From contig PRDI01000081.1 in the NCBI GenBank assembly GCA_003345595.1, positions 1 through 11,244 on the forward strand: a stretch of 11,244 nt of DNA, given 5' to 3'. This DNA comes from Candidatus Thorarchaeota archaeon (GTDB taxonomy: Archaea > Asgardarchaeota > Thorarchaeia > Thorarchaeales > Thorarchaeaceae). Each line of letters begins with the position of its first letter. Position 1 is the first letter of the stretch. Shown here piece by piece: positions 1-7,318 of this stretch. The notes beneath the pieces are model-generated. The model did no database searches. It was not told where the DNA came from and was given only the letters and a program-made list of their open reading frames with translations. The position numbers and the translations under genes are program-made.

Positions 1-327
1 AGACTCCGCCAACGGACTCGCAAGATTGGACAAGCGCCCGGCGGGACTTGCTCTCCTCGCGTTTATTAGTGCGGCGAGAAAGTAGCCCCTCCGCAATCAT
101 TCTCAACACGCCCCAAAGCCAGCACTTACGACTGTTGTGTTGACAGCCGTGTCGCTAGACGCTCTGCCTCACGGTTTCTGCATCCCGGATAGCATGCCGC
201 ACCGCGAGTGATAGGTATGGTGACCAGACCGCCCGAACAGTTCTGAAGCATAGGCAGTGGTCCTTTCTTAGAGGGTCCTGCAAATCATGCGATACACATC
301 GCGGACAACACAGGAACATTGCCAAGC

Positions 328-333
328 TTATTA
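328..333 (+). promoter_or_regulatory. Candidate archaeal TATA box (TTATTA) for the 358 ORF
   Basis: AT-rich box ~25 nt upstream of the GTG in otherwise GC-balanced DNA, consistent with a leaderless or short-leader transcript. Confidence 0.35.
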
Positions 334-357
334 CGCGTCGTCAAGTGATAGAAGGGT

Positions 358-951
358 GTGAGCAAAGATAGAATAGGACGGCAGGAAGGTAGTAAACCAT
401 ACGAGGAAGTCGAACGCCGGGTGGGACAGAGGATTTTGACTGGCGACACTGAGCAGACAAAACACAGCAAGTCGGATGAGGCCAACCTGAGAAGGCACCT
501 GAAGAGAGAGGAGAAGAGGCTCAACAAGAAGATGGACGAGTTCTTCGTCAGAGAACTTGAGGACATCTACGTGGGCAGGTCTGAAGTCTTCAAGAGGTTG
601 CGAGAAGGAAGCAGCTACAGAAGGACGTGGCGTTGCAGGGACTCTGTTATTCCCAACCACGAAGCCGACCTCGTGTTCACGAAAGAGGACGGCAAGCCGG
701 TTATCACGATTCTTGATATCGTTTATCCCGATGAAACGACAGCGATTGAGATGATGAAAAAGGAGATTGGGTCAGGGCGGGACTCGCAGTTCAACGATCT
801 ACCAGAGGGAGGAGCGTACGAGGCTTTTCCCTGGGAAGGTCCGGGCAAGGACATCTGGCACTTCCACCGGATGAGAATCGCCAAGGACAGCGGGAAGCCA
901 GTCATCACCATAGTGGAGTACACGATTGACTATGGTACAAAATGGGGATGA
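358..951 (+). CDS. Hypothetical protein with two tandem ~67-aa internal repeats
   Basis: 197-aa ORF with GTG start and TATA-like TTATTA at 328-333. Ungapped self-similarity at offset 67 aa (GR...F..L.EG..Y and K..GKPVITI) supports real coding. No family recognised. ATG 532 is an alternative start. Confidence 0.75.
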   Translation: MSKDRIGRQEGSKPYEEVERRVGQRILTGDTEQTKHSKSDEANLRRHLKREEKRLNKKMDEFFVRELEDIYVGRSEVFKRLREGSSYRRTWRCRDSVIPNHEADLVFTKEDGKPVITILDIVYPDETTAIEMMKKEIGSGRDSQFNDLPEGGAYEAFPWEGPGKDIWHFHRMRIAKDSGKPVITIVEYTIDYGTKWG

Positions 952-1231
952 TGCTCAGAATTCCGCTCAGTCATGTCGATCTTGTGCCCGGCACCGACCA
1001 CTGATGCCTACTCATCTTCTGGATGGAATCCGCGACATCGCGAACGAGTCCTAACTAACCTTGATAGGTAGGAGGCCGCCGGTGGCCATGTTGTTCTTTG
1101 TCATGTTATAGTCCAACTATGAGAGTGAAGACAAACCAGGAGCATGCGCATAGTGAACGGTTGATGCTTCGGGAACGACTTAGACATTGCGAACCCGATG
1201 ACTCAGGCAAAACATTATCGCTGCTGTTCGT

Positions 1232-2521
1232 CTACCTTGGTTTCCGGTGCTGGAATCTAGCAACTGATACGTAAATGACCGCAGCGATCACTGGAATGAT
1301 GGCGGCGCCTACAATGAGCCATGTTATGTACACTTGATTGGGAATCGAGTCAGTTCCGCTTTCGTCTGGACCTTCCTCAATAGACTTCAGAATGTAGTCC
1401 CTGAAAAGGTCGAATTCAGGGTCATACCCATCATCCGGAACCATCGCATTGAAAGCTACCACCAAGTCGTGCTCAGGCGAAACCATGATCTTCTGACCGT
1501 ATCGCCCATATGCGAAATAGACTCCCAGGTCCGAACGGATCCACCAATGCCAGCCATATCCAAATGGTTCACCGAGTGCATTCTGGATATCAATAGGACT
1601 GGTTGCACGAGCAATGAAATCAGCTGGGAGTATCTGTGTCCCATCCCATGTGCCGTTATTGAGGTAAAGGAACCCAAGTCTTGCAATGTCCAGTGTTGTG
1701 AGCTTGAGTCCTCCTTGAGTGTTGTACCAGCCGCCAGGTAACAGATACCAGGTCCCATAATCGATTCCTAGAGGATCAAAGAGGTACTCATGAGCGAATT
1801 CCAGTGTACTCCTGTTCGACACTTGCTGGATGATTGCGCCAAGTAGGACGGATGCGCCTCCACAGTAGGTCCAAGTAGTCCCGGGTTCAGAGGCCATAGG
1901 ACGGTCCAGAACGAATTTCACCGCGTCGGAACTGTACATCATACCCATGAGTGTATTGGTATCCGGATCAACGTAGGGAGTTGACCATTCGTCCCAATCC
2001 AGACCGGGGGTCATTGTGAGGAGATCCTCGATTGTCATCCGGTCCTTTCGAGGGTCAGGATTGGCTATCTCGTACTCAGGGAAGAAACTAAGGACCGTTT
2101 CATTGACTCCACTAAGAAGACCCTGCTGGAGGGCAATTCCAATCAGTGTACCAGCGAAGCTCTTTGTGACAGAATGAAGGAGGTGATGGTATTGCGCAGT
2201 AAGATACTCGCTTAGATACTGCTCAAAGACGATGTATCCGTCCTTGACAATGACGATCGAGAGAACGGGATAGTCTTGGGCATCTATCAGCCGTACCATA
2301 TCGTACAAGGTTTCATTGTTCATCCCGTGTTCCTGAGGCGTACTGCCTCTCCAGCCTTCCGTGGGCCAATAGTCACGAGGGGCATTCTTCTGGGACGGTG
2401 GCACGACTTCGTCTGTGCCGGACTGCCCTGACACGGTTGAAAAGGAAGACATGGTAGTGCAGAGGAACAAGATGATGAGCAGCAGAGCCACCATCCTTTG
2501 CTGTCCAGTGTTTCTTCTCAA
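1232..2521 (-). CDS. Serine hydrolase, beta-lactamase class C / PBP-like family, secreted with C-terminal membrane anchor
   Basis: SxxK (HSVTKS), TIEDLLTMTPG, PG..W.Y (PGTTWTYCG), EYLFDPLGI, DIARLGFLYLNNGTWDG, YGWHWW, AYGRYGQ. Basic plus hydrophobic N-terminal signal peptide; C-terminal TM helix followed by RFQHRKPR. TTG start. Confidence 0.93.
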   Translation of the reverse strand: MRRNTGQQRMVALLLIILFLCTTMSSFSTVSGQSGTDEVVPPSQKNAPRDYWPTEGWRGSTPQEHGMNNETLYDMVRLIDAQDYPVLSIVIVKDGYIVFEQYLSEYLTAQYHHLLHSVTKSFAGTLIGIALQQGLLSGVNETVLSFFPEYEIANPDPRKDRMTIEDLLTMTPGLDWDEWSTPYVDPDTNTLMGMMYSSDAVKFVLDRPMASEPGTTWTYCGGASVLLGAIIQQVSNRSTLEFAHEYLFDPLGIDYGTWYLLPGGWYNTQGGLKLTTLDIARLGFLYLNNGTWDGTQILPADFIARATSPIDIQNALGEPFGYGWHWWIRSDLGVYFAYGRYGQKIMVSPEHDLVVAFNAMVPDDGYDPEFDLFRDYILKSIEEGPDESGTDSIPNQVYITWLIVGAAIIPVIAAVIYVSVARFQHRKPR

Positions 2522-2905
2522 GAGTTGATCTTACCACCCTTGATTAGAAAGTCGCCAAGTGTTCTATAACCAGCATGATTGACGCAAGTTTCATCATGTG
2601 CTGAGGGTTTAGGCTACGATTGGACCCGTCTAAGAGCACGTTGGGTGCCTGACCCACGAGATGCATGCACGGAGATATCATGTCAATATGAGGTGCCTTC
2701 GCGCATCATCAGCCTCACTGTTCTTGTGGTTGACTTGGATTCAGGCGACTCGTAATGGAATCGTTTCGTTGCCTCTCGGATGAACACGATTCAATCCTTC
2801 GTCAGACTCTCAATCCGCACTTCGACTATGATCGAGTACAGAACCGAGTGCTTTCCTATTATCCCTGTGTAAACCGAGGAATTCAAGTATTCATGGGGAG
2901 ATGCT

Positions 2906-3571
2906 ATGAAAGACTCTGACATGTCTGTACCAAGCGATACGTGGCCAGAACGTGGCCCTGGAGTTGAGAGAATAATGTGGCTCGCAGATGCCATCTTCGC
3001 GTTTTCGATAACGCTGTTGGCAATAGACATCAGAGTTCCTGACATAGCCCCCGGCGATGCTGCTACTGAGTTGCCGCTAGCGATGACCCTGTTGGGACCA
3101 CGCATCATCAGTTTCCTAATCACCTTCTGGATTGTCGCCAGCTACTGGATAGCCTTTCATCGGCTGTTCTCTTACGTCGTGCAGTATGACCGCGGGCTAA
3201 TCCGGGCTTGCCTTCTCTTCCTAATGTTCATAGTGCTACTCCCGTTCCCCGCTGACCTAGTAGGTAGGTATCCATCTCAGCCCTTGTCATTGATTACTGC
3301 TGCATTATTCTTTGCTGCTACGGGTGTTGCACTGGATCTCATTTGGGTGCATGCATCAAGGCGGCATCGCTTGGTAGAAAAGGAGTTGAGTGCGAGATTG
3401 ATACGAGGGCTGACCCTTCAGTACCTTGTTTCACCCCTTGTGTTCATCTTCTCAATCCCCGCTTTCTTTTTCGTATTCACGTATTCTCCCTCTGCTATGC
3501 CCTTTGTGCTCATCCTTTGGTTCCTAATCCTGCCACTCCATTCCGAAATTGACCGCAAGTATAGGCAATGA
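2906..3571 (+). CDS. TMEM175-family (DUF1211) K+/cation channel-like membrane protein
   Basis: N-terminal ERIMWLADAIFAFSITLLAIDIRVP matches the R...FSD.vFAIaiTLL family signature; also SFLITFWIVASYWIAFHRLF and LMFIVLLPFP; ~6 TM segments; SD GGGGAG upstream. Confidence 0.9.
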   Translation: MKDSDMSVPSDTWPERGPGVERIMWLADAIFAFSITLLAIDIRVPDIAPGDAATELPLAMTLLGPRIISFLITFWIVASYWIAFHRLFSYVVQYDRGLIRACLLFLMFIVLLPFPADLVGRYPSQPLSLITAALFFAATGVALDLIWVHASRRHRLVEKELSARLIRGLTLQYLVSPLVFIFSIPAFFFVFTYSPSAMPFVLILWFLILPLHSEIDRKYRQ

Positions 3572-3664
3572 GCGGGTGAAGGCCATAGGTCCCTTCTCTT
3601 GCATGAGCTTCTAAATACCAATGCATTATATTGTGTAGTCCTATCACCCAGTAGGGAACATACA

Positions 3665-4885
3665 GTGAGTACAGGCGAACAGTACGTACGGATATGCGGT
3701 AGAATAGGCCGCTTCACTGAAAGACTCACAGGGGTCAGTATCGTCGACGCCTATTTTGGTCCTCCAAGTCTAGCCCCGGAAAGGCAGACCGGGAGCACAG
3801 AGCCAGATATAATCCTGCAGGATATTGGTTCTCTGGTCGATAACATCGAAGGCAACATTCGAAACCGATTGAGAAGGGAGTATCTGCTCGGCGAAGCAAG
3901 CTCACTGCAGGCTGTTGTCCGATGGCTCAGTGGGACTGGGATGCCGTATGCGGAGCTTGTGAGGGATCTGTTTCATGTTGAGATGAAGCAGTTCCCCGCT
4001 GCCCTCATTGATCGACAGACTAGGTATCTGGAGGAGCTGATGGCCGAATTCCCGGGACGTGACTTGAGGGAGAAGGTCGAGATGTTCAGAAAGCAGGGAG
4101 AGGTTTCCGGTGAAGCGTTAAGGACACTGGTTGAGCATGATCTCCAGAGCCGGTCAGTTGACGTGGGCGACATGTTCCAGAAGCAGGTCTTCTCTCTGAT
4201 GCATAGCCGAGTGACTGACAATGGAGTGGAATATCGAGCAGTCAGCGACAAACCATGGGGCGGATACAACTACTACAAAGGAGGCTTCAGGTCTGTGAAC
4301 GAATTCAACATCGACCGTCCGGCAAATCGAGACTCGATGCTCTTATTGATCTATCACGAGTATGAGCACCACGTTTCCAACCTGTGGCGGGAGAAAGCAT
4401 ATGTTGGCAAGAAGTACACAGAACTGTCCATTGTTCCTCTTCACACTGGTCGCTGCATCATCTCAGAGGGTGCCGCAGACACGGCCAAGGAGTTTCTCAA
4501 TGTTGATCAGACTAGTCCGAGAATGAAGGTTTACGATGCTCTCTACGCGTTGATTAGGATGGTCCACATTAATGCGGCAATCATGATGAACCGCGATGGT
4601 CGGGATTCGGAAGAGGTCGCCGACTACATATCGGAACACGGGTTGAGGACGAAGGAAATGGCTAGAGGAATGATCGACTTCATTGCACCGAGGACTAGGG
4701 ATGGAAGAGTCAACCTGTGGGCTCCGTACGCCTTCACATATCACATTGGCAGAGCAGACTTTGTGTTACCAACCTTCAGAAAGGCCGAGGAGCATGACTC
4801 ACTTGCTGAGTTCTACAGGACTCTTTATCTCAACCCATTCTCGGGGTCCAGCGTTACATGGTCCGAAGCATTTGATTGGCTGTAG
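3665..4885 (+). CDS. DUF885-like / gluzincin-type putative metallopeptidase
   Basis: VDAYFGP near the N-terminus, PWGGYNYYKG, HEYEHH (HExxH) at 4355-4372, downstream SEG third-ligand motif at 4463-4471, C-terminal YAFTYHIG. GTG 3665 preferred over TTG 3599 because a TATA-like TTCTAAATA lies near 3608-3617. Confidence 0.75.
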   Translation: MSTGEQYVRICGRIGRFTERLTGVSIVDAYFGPPSLAPERQTGSTEPDIILQDIGSLVDNIEGNIRNRLRREYLLGEASSLQAVVRWLSGTGMPYAELVRDLFHVEMKQFPAALIDRQTRYLEELMAEFPGRDLREKVEMFRKQGEVSGEALRTLVEHDLQSRSVDVGDMFQKQVFSLMHSRVTDNGVEYRAVSDKPWGGYNYYKGGFRSVNEFNIDRPANRDSMLLLIYHEYEHHVSNLWREKAYVGKKYTELSIVPLHTGRCIISEGAADTAKEFLNVDQTSPRMKVYDALYALIRMVHINAAIMMNRDGRDSEEVADYISEHGLRTKEMARGMIDFIAPRTRDGRVNLWAPYAFTYHIGRADFVLPTFRKAEEHDSLAEFYRTLYLNPFSGSSVTWSEAFDWL

Positions 4886-5016
4886 GTTACTCCGCACCTA
4901 CTCACCCTGTTTGTTGGCCGAGAGAAGCAGTAGTCTTAATTGCGTCACTTGAGACAACAACCTCGCTCGGATCATCGTCAAGCACCAATGAATACGATGC
5001 GGCAGGAGATGAACTG

Positions 5017-5265
5017 ATGTCAGAACCCAACAAAGTGTTTACATATGGGGTATGTCTTGGTATCATAGGTTTCTTCATCGGCATATTCGCGCCTGTGGCC
5101 GGTCTCTTCGTGGGAGCTATTGTTGTTGCCCTTGGTCTATACTCTAGAAGGGTGAATCGCACCGGGGGCTTGGTCATCATCATATGGGGCCTGTTCTTGG
5201 TAGTGGTGTCGATTGGCCTTTGGTGGTACTTCGGGTCTCCAATTTGGTTTGGAGCGTTCGGATAG
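5017..5265 (+). CDS. Small Gly-rich membrane protein (82 aa, ~3 TM)
   Basis: ATG 5017 preceded by archaeal SD-like GGAGATGA and a CTTAAT box near 4935; hydrophobic segments with GxxxG motifs. Confidence 0.75.
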   Translation: MSEPNKVFTYGVCLGIIGFFIGIFAPVAGLFVGAIVVALGLYSRRVNRTGGLVIIIWGLFLVVVSIGLWWYFGSPIWFGAFG

Positions 5266-5308
5266 GTCTTGATGTGCGCTATCTTGATGGCCATGGCTTC
5301 GCTGAGAC

Positions 5309-6331
5309 CTACTCCCTGAGTCGAAGCAAGCCATTGTCCATGATGGTCTTGGATCGACCATCGACGTATGTCAATGTGACTGTTGGTTTGCCCACGAGGA
5401 AGTCTTGATGTGTAGCAGAGTTGTTCGCCACTACACCGGGATAGTCCGTGTTGTTGCCAAAGGCCACATGGATCGCGTTGCCGACCTTCTCTGACTCGAG
5501 GAACTCTTTCACGATTCTCGCCTTTGGATTGAGACCGATGGCGAACTCACCAACATGCTTGGCCATTTCGTCAGTAGCCTGCGTCTGCTCTACCAGCTTC
5601 AAGACTTCCTTGTCTTCGCTGTCAATCTTCATCACCCGGCCGCCTTTCACATCGATTCTAATTGGCTTCTTCAGGGCTCCTGTCCCTCCGCCAAATGCTA
5701 GGTCACAAACCAGCGTTCCTTGCATTGACGTTTCCACAGGGCCTACAAGCACCTCGCCGGTTGGCAGATTCATCCACTTCATAGTCTTCCAATCTACGTA
5801 AGTATCTGAGAACCAAGTGCGACCCTTAACACCAAGAGTGAAGTCTGAACCAGCAGGAGCCGTGACTCGTACAGCTGTCACGTCCTGTAAGAGAGCGACA
5901 AGGTCCCGAGCCTCGGTCTGCATCTTGGCGTGCTGTTCCTTAGTCATAGCTAGCGCTCCGTCTGTTAGCATGTCCATTGTGATGCCCGGGCAATGCCCTA
6001 ACCTCGAACGACCCTTCCTTGTTTCGAGCTTGATGATCTTGATTCTGAATGGAGTTTCCTGAGACGGTCCTCTCAAGGTGTTGACGAATATGTCCGGTTG
6101 GTTTGGACCATTGATCATTTCAACAAGGTGTTCTGGGACTGTCGTTCTGACCACGTTCTCCTGTGTAGGCAGCACAACCATCCTGGTCCACAGACCAAGC
6201 TCAAGTGCGCCCTGAGCAAAGGCTCTGCCCACTTCGCTCCGGATGTCGTCTGTCACGACTAACAGTGACTCGCCCGGCCTAGCCTCTAGGACGGCCTCAA
6301 GTCCATTTGCTGCTGCAGTCTCGGGGTCCAT
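5309..6331 (-). CDS. Aminopeptidase, M29 / AmpS (COG2309)-like metallopeptidase
   Basis: NLPTGEV, GEFAIGLNP, ESEK, HVAFGNN and HQDF motifs; N-terminal PGESLLVVTD; GHCPGIT.DML. Confidence 0.88.
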   Translation of the reverse strand: MDPETAAANGLEAVLEARPGESLLVVTDDIRSEVGRAFAQGALELGLWTRMVVLPTQENVVRTTVPEHLVEMINGPNQPDIFVNTLRGPSQETPFRIKIIKLETRKGRSRLGHCPGITMDMLTDGALAMTKEQHAKMQTEARDLVALLQDVTAVRVTAPAGSDFTLGVKGRTWFSDTYVDWKTMKWMNLPTGEVLVGPVETSMQGTLVCDLAFGGGTGALKKPIRIDVKGGRVMKIDSEDKEVLKLVEQTQATDEMAKHVGEFAIGLNPKARIVKEFLESEKVGNAIHVAFGNNTDYPGVVANNSATHQDFLVGKPTVTLTYVDGRSKTIMDNGLLRLRE

Positions 6332-6558
6332 TTCTTACGCCTCGTCTGCGGCTGTATTCTTCCTGCTTTAGGCTCTTCCGTTGAATCTAGAACAAGAAGA
6401 ACAGGCGATGTGGCAGTTGACGTGCCACTACATCCACGAATGTACCATGGCAGCCGCTACGCCTAGGTGCTCTGCGTCGAGTAGTCGCTAGTCACGGCGA
6501 CGGTTATGTGAATCCTTAATTCTCCGTATTATTATCCTGGTGCAAGCGGGGAAGAGTC

Positions 6559-7227
6559 ATGCCAGTTGCGGCAAGAACGCTTATGCTGAAGGCAGTTGGA
6601 CTTGTGTTTACACTTGGTAGCCTTAATGTGATATTGGTCATCTTCTTTCCCGAAGCGTATACAGATTTCCCGATTACTCTCTTACTGATCAATCTGTTTA
6701 TCGCTGTCGATTATCTTGCAAGGCCTCTCTTTTCCCCAAGCAGGAAAGACCAATATAAGACTCGTTTCTTGATGCTTTTCCTTTTTGCGATTCCATTCTT
6801 AGTCACATTACCCTACCTTGAACATACCTTCATTCTAAGGGCAATCATCCCTCCAGAAGTGACTTGGGCGTTCTGGATGCTTGGCACTCTAATGATTATA
6901 CTCGGCGGAATCACATTGGATATGAGTCGGATTATCCTTGGCGGTCAAGGCTCACTGAAGATAGGCACCGAGAAAGACCACAAACTGATTACCAAAGGGC
7001 CATATCATGTTATTCGCCATCCCATCTACGCTGGAACACTATTCCTCCTCCTAGGCTATTCGCTCTCCTTTAGCAGTATTATCGGCTCAATCATCTTGAT
7101 ACTAATTCTCGTGCCGCTGGGTAGAAGTAGAATGGCTTTGGAAGAGAAGTTGTTGATCCAGACCTTTGGGGATGAGTATCTGAATTACATGAAACGCACA
7201 AAGCGGTTGATTCCCTTTATCTATTGA
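6559..7227 (+). CDS. Isoprenylcysteine carboxyl methyltransferase (ICMT)/PEMT-family integral membrane methyltransferase
   Basis: HKLITKGPYHVIRHPIYAG and EEKLLIQTFGDEYLNYMKRTKRLIPFIY are canonical for the family; multiple TM helices. Confidence 0.92.
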   Translation: MPVAARTLMLKAVGLVFTLGSLNVILVIFFPEAYTDFPITLLLINLFIAVDYLARPLFSPSRKDQYKTRFLMLFLFAIPFLVTLPYLEHTFILRAIIPPEVTWAFWMLGTLMIILGGITLDMSRIILGGQGSLKIGTEKDHKLITKGPYHVIRHPIYAGTLFLLLGYSLSFSSIIGSIILILILVPLGRSRMALEEKLLIQTFGDEYLNYMKRTKRLIPFIY

Positions 7228-7265
7228 TCTTCAGATTGTTTCTCACTTACAGAACCGAAGATTCA

Positions 7266-7305
7266 GGAAAAAGAGGGGAATGTGGTGGTTGATAGGCCAC
7301 CACAT
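7266..7305 (-). terminator. Stem-loop terminator between convergent genes
   Basis: Perfect 9-bp inverted repeat ATGTGGTGG (7280-7288) / CCACCACAT (7297-7305), 13 nt after the stop of 7319..8707. On the minus strand it is followed by the pyrimidine run TCCCCTCTTTTTCC. Confidence 0.65.
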
Positions 7306-7318
7306 ACTTGAGTGTAAT

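Noticed and set aside
30-290. RNase P RNA or intron-containing tRNA on the minus strand (GGGGCTACTTTCTCGCC resembles an RNase P 3' end)
   Set aside because: No ACAGAA before it, no GAGGAAAGUCC-type 5' element and no complementary P1 strand. No tRNA 5' half or anticodon arm found.
985-1015. CTGATGCCTAC resembling the 3' end of a fluoride riboswitch
   Set aside because: Lacks the GGCGATGG...CGCC 5' stem and no downstream plus-strand gene.
949-1160. Selenocysteine readthrough of the 358 ORF (TGA-TGC, frame open to a TAG near 1071) with an ATGA..AAA..GA SECIS-like spacing near 1119-1157
   Set aside because: The putative SECIS helix does not base-pair, the extension looks non-coding, and G-U-C is not a recognised selenoprotein context.
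1232-2521. Calling the SxxK protein a true beta-lactamase or resistance gene
   Set aside because: Motifs YCG and AYG differ from AmpC YxN and KTG; only superfamily membership is supported.
2702-3111. 11-bp direct repeat CGCATCATCAG at 2702 and 3101
   Set aside because: Single short match with no flanking similarity; expected by chance.
6407-6501. Short hairpins GTGGCA/TGCCAC and GTCGCT/GGCGAC between divergent genes
   Set aside because: Six-bp stems with no repeat or family pattern; cannot be distinguished from chance.
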